DNA of 64,000 bases. Origin: Scenedesmus sp. PABB004 (Eukaryota). Location of the stretch: contig JABVCE010000025.1 of NCBI GenBank assembly GCA_014905635.1, positions 248,001 through 312,000 of the forward strand, read 5' to 3'. Positions 12,419-24,923 of this stretch are shown here, piece by piece; position 1 is the stretch's first letter, and each line of letters opens with the position of its first letter. Below the pieces are notes generated by a model. The model made no database searches. It saw only the letters and a list, made by a program, of their open reading frames with translations, and was not told where the DNA came from. Both the position numbers and the translations under genes were made by a program.

Positions 12419-13722
12419 TCACAGCAGGTCGCCCTCCGCCTCGTCCTCGCCCCAGCCCACCCAGCCGCCCTCGCCGCCGTCGCCCTCCCCGCCGCCGCCC
12501 TCCCCGCCGCCGGCCTCGCCGCCGTGGTCGTCGCCGTGGTCATCGTCCAGCGCGTCCAGCAGCAGCCCGAGGTCGAGGTCCAGCCCGCCAAACACGGCGT
12601 CGCTCAGCGCGCAGCGCATCTGCAGGTCGCCAAACAGCTCCTCGCACTCGGCCAGCTCCAGCGCCGCGTCGGCGGCGGCGGCGGCGGCGGCGCTGCCGCC
12701 GCCCACGGCGTCGTTCACGCCGCCGGCCGCGCGCTCGGCGGCCGCGAGCTCGGCGCCGCGGCGCGCGCAGAGCCAGTCGCCGGTCTGCAGGAAGCTGGCC
12801 AGGTACGCGGCGTCCTCGCCATCAAACAGGGACGCGGCGCCGTCAAAGAGCGCGCGCGCGCGCTCCCACGCGCGCGGGAGCGGCGCCGCGCCGCCCTCGG
12901 CGGCGGCGGCCAGCGCGTACGCCTGCTGCGCGTCCGCGTCCGCCGCGGCCTGCGCGAGCTCGCCGCCGGGCGCGGGCTCCGTCGCGGCGCCGTCCAGCGG
13001 CGCCGCCGCGGCACCTGGGTCCTCCTGCTGCGCCGCCGCCTCCGCGCCGCCGCCGCTGCCGGCCAGCGCGGCCTCGGCTCCCTCCCAGCCGTCGGCGCCG
13101 TCGCCCCACGCGGCGTCGGCCCAGCCGTTGGCGTCGGCGTGCGCCGCGGGCTCCTCGGCGGGCTCCTCGGCGGGCTCGCCCTGCGGCAGCGGCTCGCCGT
13201 GCTCCCGCATGATGATGTTCCCCAGCGCGGTGGCCACGATGTGCTTGGCCGCCGCCGCCGCGACCTTGGCGGTGCCGGGCTGCGAGCCGCTGCTGGACAG
13301 CCGCGGCAGCCCCTGCGCTGGCTCCTGCCACTGCTCCGGCTGCTGCTGCTCCGGCTGCGCGGCGGGCGCGGCCCACTCCTGGACGGCAGCGGCGCCCTCC
13401 GGCTGCACCGACGCGTCCAAGGCTCCGGCGCCGCCCTCGCACTCCCACGCGTCAGCGACGACCGCCTGGCCGTCGGCCGCCACCGCGCCGCCCTCCGAGC
13501 CCCAGCCGCCCGCGAGCTGCTGCTGCTGCTCCGCGGCCGCTGGCGGCTCGCTGGCCGCCGCCTGCTGCTCGTAGGGCTGGCTGTAGCCGGCCTGCTCGTA
13601 GCCCGCCTGGTCGTAGCCGGCGGCCTGCTCGTAGCCCGCCTGCTGCTGCTGCTGCTGCTGCTGCCAGTCGCCGTATTGAGCGTACTGGTCGCCGTAGTAT
13701 TGAGCGTACTGCTCATACGGCG

Positions 13723-13796
<74 letters not shown>

Positions 13797-15576
13797 CCGC
13801 CCGACTCCGCGCCGCCAGCCGCGCCCTCCGGCACGAGCCTGCTCGTGGGCGTCGGCTCGCTGCCGGGGCTGGCGCCGGCCACGGCAAACGCGGGGCCCGC
13901 GGTCGCGGCGCGCGCGGGCGTGGACGGCGAGGGCGCCGCCGCCGCGTGCGCGTGCGCGGCGTGCGCGGCGCCGCCGGGCTGCGCCCAGTCGGTGTAGCGG
14001 CTCGCCTGCGACAGCCCCGAGTCGCCGGGGCTGGGCGGCGGCGCGCCGCCGCCGGCCGCGAACGCGGCGGCCGCGGTGCCGTGGCTGGGAAAGCCAGGCG
14101 CCGCGGCGGGCGCGCTGATGCTCGGGCGCGCGCCCGCCGGCAGCTTGCTGCGGTGCTCCATCTGGCGGTACCAGAAGGCTGCGGGGCGGCAGCGGCAGAC
14201 GACGACGCGGGCGCGTGAGCAGCGCGTCTGCCCAGCGCTGCCCCCCCCCTCCCGGGCGCGCGCCCCCGCCCCTGCTCGGCGGCCGGGCGGGCGCTCACCG
14301 TCCTTCTTGGCGCCGCGGCCGTCCCGCGCCGCCGCCGCGCGCTCGGCCTCACGCGCCGCCTCGCGCTCGCGCTCGAGCGCCTCCCAGGGCAGCTCCTTGT
14401 TCAGCTTGCCGGGGTTGCGCCACTGCGTCGCGCGCCAGTTGATCTCCGATACGCTCTGCTGCAGGAAGGCATCGTACGGGTGCGTGCGCCCCCCCTCGGC
14501 CGCGCTGCCGCCGCCGCCCGGGCTCGCGCCGCTGAACCGCCGGTCGCCGGCGCCGGCCTTGGCGGCATCGACGCCGGCGGCGTGCAGCGCCGCGGCGCCG
14601 GCCGCGTGGCTCTGCGGCGGGCTGGTGGGCGGCGCAAAGCCGTTCAGCAGGTGCTGCTGCTGCCCCTGCTGCGAATGCTCCTGCTCCTGCAGCCCGCCCG
14701 CGGCCGTGCCCGGCGCGCTGGGCCGCCACGGCACCGCGCCGCCGCCCGACGCGGTGGCGCCGCCGCCCGGCAGGAAGACGCCGGGCTTGCCGCCGCCAAA
14801 CGTGGCGGCCGGCGGGCTGGGGATGGGGAAGCCGGCGGGCGCCCTGGCGCTGCCGCTGTTGGTGCTCAGCTCGCTCACGCCCGTGTTGGTGCGCGCGAGC
14901 GGGCTGACCGCGCGTGCGTAGGGGCTGCTCGGCCGCACCGCGGTCAGCAGCGTCGCGTCGCCCGCGAGCGCAGACGCCGGCAGCGTGATGCCCGCGCTGT
15001 CCTGGGCCTGCGGCGAGCCGCCCGGGCCGCCGCTGCCGGCGCTGCCGTTGGCGGACGGCCGCGGCGGCGGCAGCAGCGCGCCGATGCCGCCGCCGGCCGC
15101 GCCGCCGCCGGCCTTGGTGGGGCTGTGCAGCGACGTGCTGCGCGCGGGCGCCGCGCCGCCGCCCCACGCGCCGCTCGGCGCGCCGAAGCCGGCCGGGTGC
15201 GGCGCGCTGCCGGGCGCGCTCTGGTGCTGCCGCGCGGCGGCCGCCGTGGGCGACAGGAAGCGCGCGCTGCCGGGGTCGTCGCTGCCGCCCGGCGCGGTGG
15301 TCGCGATGCCCGGCAGCTCTGGGTGCACGGGGTCCAGCAGCACCGGCGCCGGCTGCTGCGCCGCCTGCTGCTGACCCGGCGCCGCGCCGTGCACGCCGTC
15401 AGGCTGCTGCTGCTGCTGCGGCTGCTGTTCGTAGTAGGCCCCGTACGCGGCGTAATCGTAGCCCGCGTAGTTGCCGTTGGCGTCGGGGGCATACTGGTAC
15501 TGCTGCTGCTGCCAGTCGCCGGCCTCACCGCCCGGCTGCTGCTGCTGCTGCCAGTCGCCGCCGGCCTCGCCGCCCG

Positions 15577-15608
<32 letters not shown>

Positions 15609-17362
15609 TCGCCGCCCGGCTGCTGCGTGTAGCCGCCGCTGCCGTCCGGCGCCTGCTCGCTCCAGCCCCCGTACTGTCCGTAGCCGGTGGCAGCGAGCGC
15701 GGCGCCCTCGGCGTCCGCCCCAGCCGCTGCTGGCGGCCCGCCCTCGGCGCCGCCCCAAGCCGACTCGTCCCCGCCGGCGCCGTACCAGCCCGACTCGGCG
15801 CCAGCTGCTCCCGGCGCCGGCGCCAGCGGGTCGGCCTGCGGCGCCGCGAGCGGGTCGGCCTGCGGCGCCGCGAGCGGGTCCGCTGCGGCTGCAGCGTCCG
15901 CGGCGGGCGCCGCCAGCGGGTCCTGCTGCTGCGGCGGCTGCCAGCTGCTGGCGTCCTGCGCGGCGGCGTGGGCCGCGTGCACGCCATCGCCGTTGGCGAG
16001 CGGGCCCGCCGCAGGCTCCTGCTGCGGCTGCTCCTGCAGCTGCTGCTTCGGCGCCGCCTCGCCCCACCGCGGCGGCGACGTCACCTCCTCGCCCTCCGCC
16101 GCCGCCGCGGCGCCCCGCGACGGCTGCCCCGAGCTGCCGCTGCGCGGCAGCGCCCCCGGCGGCTGCCACATGGCAAAGCTGAGGTTGCCGCTGCCGCTCG
16201 CCAGCGCGGGCACGCGCCCGCCGGAGCTGCTCTCGCGCTCCTCCGCGCCGGGCGCCGCCGCGTCGCCCGCGTCCCCGCCGCCGCCGGGCGCCGCGGGCAG
16301 GAAGGGCGCCAGCTGGCCGCTGCCGCCGCTCGCGGGGCCGGGCATGAAGGCGTCGAGGGACAGCCCAGACTGCGACGACTGCGACATGCCGCCGCCGCCG
16401 GCGGCCTCGCTCGCCGCCTCGCTCGCGGCGGGCGTGGGCACGAAGAACCCGCCCCCGGCGGCAGCGGCGCCCCGCCGCCGCCGCCGCCGCCGGGCTTGGG
16501 CAGCCCCGGCGCGCGGGGCAGGCCCGGCACGAGCGCGCCGCCGCCGCCCGGCAGCAGGCCCTTGCCGCTCGGCGGGCCGCTGCCGCCGCTCGAGCCGCCG
16601 GGCGGCGCCACGCCGCCGACGGGCGTCGCGATGTAGCGGCCTTTGAGGCTGCGGTCCCTGTGCCGGCGACACGACGCGCGGCGCGGCGGCGGTTGGCGCG
16701 GCCGGCGGCGGCGCGGGCGGTGGGTGCGGGCAGTGGGCGCGGGTCGGACGCGGGCGCGCGCCGCCCGGCGCCGCCGGGCAGCCGCGCACCGCTGGAACGT
16801 GATGGCCGCTGGCGGCGGCGGCCCGCCGCCGGCCGCGGCCGCGGCGGCCGCCTCCGCCGCCGCCGCGGTCGCGACGAGCGACGTCACGCTGGACGCCGCC
16901 GACAGGCTGCCCACGCTCGGCGGCGGCGCGCTCAGCTTGGCCCGCTCCGCGCGCGCCTCTTCCTCCTTGCCGCGCTCGACCCACATCTTGAGCTGTGCGG
17001 CGCGGTGCGCGGTGCGGGGTTGCGGCGTGAGCCGCGGGCGCCGGCCGGGCAGGCAAGGCGGGCGCCGTGGGCGCCGGCGCCGCCCGGCGCCGACCAACAG
17101 CAGCAGCGCCGCCCGCCCGCTGCGCGGCGGCGCCGCGCCTCGTCGTTGTAGTACATCTGGTTGGCCAGCCCCAGGTTGGCCTTCTTGTACGCCTTGGCCT
17201 CCCCATCCTCGCCCTCGGCCTGGGCGCGCCCGGCGGCAGCACGCGAGGGGCGTCGCCTCCCATCAACCGCTGCACCCGCCCGGCGCGCCGCGGCGCCCCG
17301 CGGCGCCTCGTGCGCCGCGCCCGACGGGGCCGCACCTTCTTGCGGCTGAGCAGGCGCAGCAT
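12419..17362 (-). CDS. Large low-complexity Q/A/G/P-rich protein with an N-terminal Sec16-C-terminus-like motif
   Basis: ATG at 17362 (MLRLLSRKK); next exons AEGEDGEAKAYKKANLGLANQMYYNDE|LKMWVERGKEEE; long coding exons with host-like codon usage; stop at 12419. Exon structure partly inferred. Confidence 0.7.
13724..13792 (-). repeat. (CAG)23 coding microsatellite (polyQ)
   Basis: Pure CTG run on the + strand. Confidence 0.9.
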
Positions 17363-17694
17363 GGTGCCTCCCAGGCGCCGGGCCCGCGCGAGCTCCGCGG
17401 TTAGGCGCACCGCGCGGCGAGCGGGCGTCGCATGGTCACGGACGAGCCGCAGCGCGGTCGTGTCTGGAGCGCGGGGGACCGGAGAGGCGCGTGCCCACGA
17501 GCAGGCAGCTGAGACCGACCGACCTGCGCCCTGCGCGCCCGCTCCGCCTGGTTCCGCCCGTGCGCGCTCCACGCGCGTTCACAGCGACCCCGCCACCAAG
17601 CGGCCAGCTGCGCTCGTCGCGCCGCGCTCTCGCTGCTGCTGCCCCGGCCGCCCGGCCAGCCCGGCGCGCGCCGCAGCGGCGCGGGGCGCCTCCG

Positions 17695-20600
17695 ATGCGC
17701 GCCGGCCTGCGCGCCGGCCTCCGCGGCCGGGCAGGGCCCCGCCGGCTGGCCGCGCCGGCAGCAGCGGCAGCCAGCTGCGCGGGCCCGCAGCTGCGCGCTG
17801 CGCCCCGCCCGGCGCGGCGCCCCGCCCCGGCCCTCGGGAGCGCGGCCGGAGCTGCCCGGGCGTCGCCGGCGCGGCGCCGCATGGCGGCGGCGCCGCCGCG
17901 CGCGGCGGCGGGCGGCGCCGGTGCGCCGCCACCGGCGCCGGCGCCCGCCGAGGTCTTCATCCCCATCGCCGAGCTGCGCGAGCTGTGCGCCAAGTCGCTG
18001 GGCACGCTGGGCTACGCGGAGGAGGAGGTGGCGGTGCTGCTCGAGGTGCGCGCGCGCCGGCGCGGCGCGGCGCGAGCAGCCGGCGCGCGCGGTCCCGCGG
18101 CAGGCGAGCGCCCCGCCGCCGTGTTGGCGCAGGTGCTGCTTTACGCGCAGCTGCGCGGCAACAACCAGGGCGTGATCAAGATCACCACGGGCGGCCTGAA
18201 CCGCGCGCCGGGCGCGACGCCGGTGCGCGTGGAGCGCGAGACGGCGCTGAGCGCGCTGCTGCACGGCGGCGGGCAGGCGGGCATGCTCGTGCTGCACCGC
18301 GCGATGGAGCTCGCGGTCGCCAAGGCGCGCGACACGGGCGTGGGCATCGTGGGCACGCACCACACGGCCACGTCGACCGGCGCGCTCGGCTACTATGCAC
18401 AGGCGGTCGCGGCGCAGGGCCTCGTCGCGCTCGTGCTCGCGCAGAGCCCCGAGTTTGTCGCCCCGCACGGCGCGCGGCAGGCGGTGTTTGGCACCAACCC
18501 CATCGCCGTCGGCGTGCCCGCCGCGGGCGGCCCGGTCGTCATGGACATGGCCACCGCCGCGTACGCGTGGTTCGGCCTGCTCGAGGCCAAGACCGCGGGG
18601 CGCCCCATCCCCGGCGACGTCGCGCTCGACGCCGACGGCAAGCCCACGACCGACCCCAACGCGGTGCTCTCGGGCGGCGCCATCCGCGTGTTTGACAGGC
18701 GAGCGACGCCGCGGCGGCCGTACGCGGCGGCGGCGCGGGCGGCGGCAGCAGGAGCCGCGCGGCAGCAGCACGGGCCGGGGACGCTGCCGCTGCCGCTCAC
18801 CGCGCCGCCGCCGCGCCGCCGCCGCCGGTCAGGAGCCACAAGGGCAGCAACCTGGCGCTGATGGTGGAGCTGCTGGCGGGGCCGCTCGTGGGCGCGGCGG
18901 TCGCGGACAAGCTGGCGGAGCGCAACTGGGGCAACCTCATCCTGGTGCTCGACCCGGAGCTGCTCGGCGACCAGGCCACCATCGCGGCGCGCACGCAGGC
19001 GCGCCGGCCGGGCGCGCGGCGGCCGGGGCCGCACGCGCCGGCGGGCCGGCTGGGAGAGGGGGCGCGGGCGCGGCGCGGCGGCCCGCCGCCGCCGAGCGCC
19101 GCGCGCGCCGCCGCGCGCCGCAGGCGGTGCTGGACCGGGTGAAGGGCGCGGCGCGGCTGCCGGACGTGGCCGAGATCCTGCTGCCGAGCGAGCGCGGCAA
19201 CCGCGTCGCCGCGCAGCGCCTCGCGAGCGGGCTGACGCCGATCGAGGCCAACCTCTACTCGGCGCTGAAGGTCATGGCCTCCAACGCAGCAGCGGCGGCG
19301 CCGGGCAGCGGCGCGAGCGCCAGCGCGGGCGCCAGCGCGAGCGCCGGCGCCGCCGCCAGCAACGGCGCCGGCGGCGGCGGCGGCGGCATGAAGCTGCCGA
19401 CGCTGCTGCTGCACCCCGCGCCGGGGTCGGTCGTCGACCCGTTTGACGCGAGCGGCGCGCCGCTGTACCAGACGGCGACGTTCGGGCAGCCGAGCGCGAC
19501 GCAGGGGGGGCCCTACGACTACACGCGCAGCGGCAACCCCACGCGCACGATGCTGGAGGAGCAGTGGGCCGCGCTCGAGGGCGGTGTGCGGGGGCTGGCG
19601 TTCACGTCGGGCATGGCCGCGCTGTCGGCGGCGGTGAAGCTCGTCACCACGGGCGGGCACATCGTCGCCGGCGACGACATCTACGGCGGCACCAGCCGCC
19701 TGCTCGCGCAGGCGCGGCCTGCGGCGGCGCGACCTGCGGCGGCGGCCCGCGCGGCGCGCGCCGGGCGCGTGCGCGCGTTGCGGCCGCCCGCGCCCCGCGG
19801 CCGACGCGCCCCGCGACCGCCGCGCGCCGCGCCCCCTCCGCCGCCGCCGCCGCAGGTCGCGCCCAACGCAGGCGTGAGCGTGAGCAACGTCGACATGACC
19901 GACCTCACGTGCGCCGCAGGCAGCGGCGGCAGCAGCAGCAGCAGCAGCAGCGGGGGTTTAGGTTCAGGGCTCTGCGCGCCCGCAGCGCGGACGGCGGCGC
20001 GCGCAGCGCGGGCGGCGGCGCGGTGGTGCTCACCGCGTGCGCCGTCGCCGCCGCCGCCGCGGCGCCGCAGCGCGGTCAAGGCGGCGATCGTGCCGGGCAA
20101 GACGCAGCTGGTCATGGTCGAGTCGCCGACCAACCCGCGCATGCAGGCACGGCGCGGCGCGCCCGCGCCGCCGCGCGCTGCTCGCGCCGCGGCCCGCCCG
20201 CCCGCGCCCTCGACCGCGCCTCACGCCTACCCCCTCCCCCCCCCCCCCACACACACTCACTCACACCCACACCCACACACACCCGCGGCCCGCCCAGGTC
20301 TGCGACATCCGGGCGATCGCGGCCGCCGCGCACGCCGCGGGCGCGCTCGTGTGCGTGGACAACAGCTTCCTCACGCCCCTCTACCAGCGCCCGCTGGAGC
20401 TGGGCGCCGACATCAGCATGACGAGCGGCACCAAGTACGTCGGCGGGCACGGCGACACCACGCTCGGCCTGCTCGCGGTCGCCGACGCGGAGCTCGGGCG
20501 CCGCCTCTATTTCCTGCAGGCGCGCCCGGAGGCGGGGGGAGGAGGGGGAGGGGGGCGGGCGGAGAGGGCGGGAGGCGGAGAGGGCGGGAGGCGGAGAGGG

Positions 20601-21612
20601 CAGGAGGGGAGAGGACGGGCGAGGGCGGGTGACGGGGCGCGGCACGGGGGCGCGCGCCGCCGTGACGCACGCCGCCGCGACGCCCCGCCCCGCGCGCAGA
20701 ACGCGGAGGGCGCGGGCCTCGCGCCAATGGACTGCTGGCTGGCGCTGCGCGGCCTCAAGACGGTGCGGCACGGGGCGCGCTGGCCGGCCGCGCTCGCTCC
20801 CGCGCGCGCCCCGCATGCCGACGCCTACCCTGCCGCCGCCGCCGCGGCTGCCGCGGCCGCCGGCTCCCAGATGGCGCTGCGCATGGAGCGCAGCGTCGCC
20901 AACGCGGCGGCGCTGGCGCGCTTCCTGGAGGGCCACCCGCTCGTGACGCGGCTCAACTACGCCGGCCTGCCCAGCCACCCGGGCGCGGACGTGCACGCGG
21001 CGCAGGCGACCAGCGGCGGCGCGGTGCTGAGCTTCGAGACGGGTGCGCGCCGCGCGCCGCGCGCCGCGCGCCGTGCGCCGCGCCCGCCCGCCGCCCGCCG
21101 CGCGCGGACGCCCGCGCGCCGCGCTCACACGACCACGCGCCGCGCGCCGCGCCGCGCCGCCGCCAGGCGACCTCCAGGCGTCGCGCATCGTCGTCGAGGC
21201 GACGCGGCTGTTCAAGGTGACCGTGAGCTTTGGCAACGTCATCTCCCTCATCAGCCTGCCCTGCTTTATGAGCCACGCCAGCATCCCCGCCGCCGTGCGC
21301 GCCGCGCGCGGCCTGCCGGACGACCTCGTGCGCATCAGCGCGGGCATCGAGGACGCGGGCGACCTGCTCGCCGACCTCGGGGCCGCGATGGACGCCGCGC
21401 TCGCCGACAAGGCGCGGCGCGAGGCCGCGGCCGGCGGCGCGCGCGCGGGCGACGCCGGCGCCGGCGCCGGTGCTGGCAATAACAACGGCGGCGGCGGCAA
21501 CGGCGGCGGCGGCGGCGGCGACGCGGCGCGCGTCGCGGCGCTCGAGGCGCGCATACAGCAGCTGGAGGCGCAGCTCGCGGGGCTGAACGGCCAGGCCGTG
21601 CGGCCGCTGTGA
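17695..21612 (+). CDS. Plastid-targeted fusion: Ldh_2 (type II malate/L-lactate/sulfolactate dehydrogenase) family domain plus cystathionine beta-lyase
   Basis: R/A-rich transit peptide. Ldh_2 motifs: YAQLRGNNQG, GALGYY, FGTNPIAVGVP, MDMAT, HKGSNLALMVELLAG, LLPSERG. In the same exon (19124-19711) an A/G/S linker is followed by CBL motifs PLYQTATF and YDYTRSGNPTR; later exons give ESPTNP, SGTKYVGGHGD (PLP lysine), TVSFGNVISLISLPCFMSHASIP and LVRISAGIED. Confidence 0.9.
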
Positions 21613-22034
21613 AGGGCGGGCTGGGGCTGTAGCATAGCAGGATGGCGGGCGCTCGCCCGCAGCAGGTAATTAAACGTGACGTGAGCTGGTTGCATGAGCC
21701 GCCCTCGCTGCTGGCGGGAGCTCCGGTGCCGCGGCGGCGGCGGCGCCGCGCAGGCCACGCCCCGGCGCGCGCTGCGCCCGGCGGCGCCGCGCACGGCGTG
21801 CCGGCGCAGGTCGGTCTTGCGCGCGCTGCCGGCGCTGCACGCGGTGGCGGCTCGCGGCGGGCGTGTTGCGGCCGCCGCGGTCGCGCGCGCGGCGTGCGGG
21901 CGCGGCGGCGCGGCGCGCCAGGCCCCGAGCCCCGCGGCGCACCCCTTGCCGGGCGCAGCCGGGTCCGCGGTCGGCACCACTCCCGGCACACTCCAACCAG
22001 CACCCCTTAGGGGAGTCTGGGGTGCTTTGGCAGC

Positions 22035-23676
22035 ATGGGGCTGGCCAAGGCCATTCGCAGGGCTCTCACGAACAGCGGCCTGCTGGCGGAGGCGCGAAAG
22101 TTCGACCAGGATGACGAGCTCATGGTGGTGCGTCCAGGGCGGGCGCGGCGCCGGCCAGGGCGGGCCTGGCGGGGCCCCGTGGCCCGCGCTCAGAACGCGT
22201 GCCCGCCCCCGCGGCCCTGGCGCTGCAGGCGGTGCTGCACCCGGACGCCCACGAAGAGGGCGGCCTGGCCTGCAACGACAAGCAGCTGCTGGCAGAGATG
22301 CGCGAGTAAGCAGTGGTCGATGCTCGGCGGCAGCAGCGGCAGCAGCGGCAGCAGCGGCAGCGGCGGCAGCGGCGGCAGCGGCAGCGCGCGCGGCCGCCGC
22401 CGGCGCCCGCGGCGCGCGGCAGCGGCTGCCGGCAGGCCGACCGCTCGCGGACGACCACCGCGCGGGCGGCCGGCGCGCCGGCCAACCCCTGCCGCGCTGC
22501 TGCCGCGGCGCGCGCGCCGCAGGTGCATCATGACCTGGATCAAGTCCATGGGCCGCCAGCTGCTGCAGGGCAACCTCAACCTCGTGAACTCGAGCTTCCC
22601 GGTGCTCATGTTTGAGCCGCGCAGCTACCTGCAGAAGCTCGCCGACATCTGGGCCTACCCGCAGCTCATCAACGCCGCCGCCGCCGCGCCCGACCCGCTC
22701 GAGCGCATGAAGCTGCTCGTCGCCTGGGTCGTCGCGGGTGCGCCGCGCCCCGCGCCGCGCCGCCCGCGCGCCACCCGCGGCGTACCCGCCCGCGCCGCGC
22801 CACCACCCCCGCCGCGCCGCCCGCGCGCGCCGCGCCACCGCCCGGGCGCCACCACCCGCGCCACCACCGCGCAGGGCTGCACCACAGCGTTGAGAACTGG
22901 CGGAAGCCCTTCAACCCCATCGTCGGCGAGACCTGGCAGGCGACGATGCCGGGCGGGGTGGCCCTGTTCATGGAGCAGGTGAGCCACCACCCGCCGGTGA
23001 GCGCGTACCAGCTGCAGGGCCCCGCGTGGAGCCTCGCCGGCTGGAGCCAGCCCGCGGTCGTGCCGGTGGTCAAGTTCTACGGCATCAAGACCGTGGCCAA
23101 GGGCGCGCGGCGCATCACGTTTGCCGACGGCAGCGTGGTCGAGATGACGATGCCCCACTTTGCCATCAAGGGTGCACGGCGCGGCGGGGCGGGGCGCGGG
23201 GAGGGCGAGGGCCGGCGCGGCTGGGCGGCGGCTGCGGCGCCGGCGGCGGCGGCGCCGGCGGCAGGCGCCGGCCCGGCGAGCGCGCCGCGCCGCGCCGCGC
23301 CGCGCCCTTGACCCTGCGCGCGCCGCGTGCGCCGCGCAGGCGTGGTGTACGCGGCGAAGCCCCACGCCGAGGTGCTGGGCGTCGCGCGGCTGCTGGACGA
23401 GGCCAACCGCCTGGAGGCGGTGGTCAACTTTGGGCCCGTGCCGGGCACGCGGCAGCGCATGCTGGCGCGCGCCGACGCGGTGTGCGGCGAGATTTACCAG
23501 CTCCCGCGCGCGGCGCACCTCCAGGACGCCGGCGGCGGCGGCGGCGGCGGCGCGCTGCAGCGCACGGGGACGTGCGCGACGGCGCTCAGCGACCTCGGGC
23601 GCGACGCGGAGCAGCTGAACCTCGGCTCGCTCGACGGCGGCAGCTGCAGCAGCAGCGCCGAGTTCCACTCGGACGA

Positions 23677-23707
<31 letters not shown>

Positions 23708-23857
23708 AGCGCGCGGCGGCGGCGGCGACGGCGGCGGCGGCGGCGGCGACGGCGGCGGCGGCGAGGGGCCGGACGCCGACGACGAGGCCATCTTCAATGA
23801 CTTCAACACCGCGCACTTTGGCGGCGACGGCGCTGCCGCGCCGGCCGCCGCGGCGCC

Positions 23858-23902
<45 letters not shown>

Positions 23903-24386
23903 GCAGCCGGCCGCGGCGCCGGCCGGGGGCGGCGGCGGCGGCGGCGGCGGGCGGCACGCGTACCACCGCAGCCGGAGCTCCGTGTCGATGATGGCCGAGC
24001 CCGCCAGCCGGCGGCCAGGCGGCGCGGTCGTGCCGGGGCTGGCGGTCGCGCGCATCGAGGGCTGCTGGCTGTCCCACCTCAACGTGGACAACGCGCGGTG
24101 CGGCGCCGCACCGCGCCGCGCCGCGCTGGCGCGCCGCGCCGCGCCCCGCCGCCGAGCGCCGCCGCCGCCGCGCCGCCGCAGGTACTGGACGCTCGCCGAC
24201 GCGCAGCCGCAGCGCTGGCAGTCGGCGGAGGCGCCGCTGCCGTCGGACCTGCGCTTCCGGGAGGACCTCGCGGCGCTCGCGGGCGGCGACCTCGCGGCGG
24301 CGCAGCACTGGAAGGAGGTGCTGGAGACGCGGCAGCGCGCCGACCGCAAGCTGCGCGAGGTGGCGGGCGTGTTTGAGCACCACTGA
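22035..24386 (+). CDS. Oxysterol-binding protein (ORD only), with an apparent +1 frameshift near 23700
   Basis: SFPVLMFEPRSYLQK, KPFNPIVGETW, EQVSHHPPVSAY (ORP signature), LPSDLRFREDL, LETRQRADRKLR. Confidence 0.9.
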
Positions 24387-24923
24387 GCGCCCCGAGGCAC
24401 AGAGCAGCGCAGCGGGCGGCGGGCGGGGAGCGCTGTGCGTGCGTGCACCGCGCGCCGCAGCTGCCGCCGCGGCGGGCGGCGCGGCGCCGGGCCCGGCGGC
24501 CCGGGGCGCGCCTGCCGTCGCGCGCCGTGCGCGCGTGCGCGCGCGGGGTCGCGTGCACGCGCGGGGTCGCGGCACCACAACGCGTGCAAATAACCTGGTC
24601 TGGGCGTGAAAGCGTCGCGGCGTCTGGCCTCGGCTCGTGCGCGCCACCCGACGCCGAGGGCGGCCGCAGCCGCGCCGCGACCGGGCGCGCGCTGTGGCGG
24701 CAGCATCGCCGCGCGGTGAGCCTGCGGCGCCGCGCAGTGAGCCTGCGGCGCGGCGCGGCGGGCCCGCGTCCGGGCAGCGGGGCGCGCGCGCCGCGCGGGC
24801 AGCCCGCGATTCGGGGGGCCGGCCTTGTCAAAAATCTTAACTGGCGTGGCCCCGGGCGCCGCCCGCCCAGCGCGCGCACACGTCGACGCGATGAGGTAGG
24901 AGGGATGGCCCAGGCGGCCCGCG

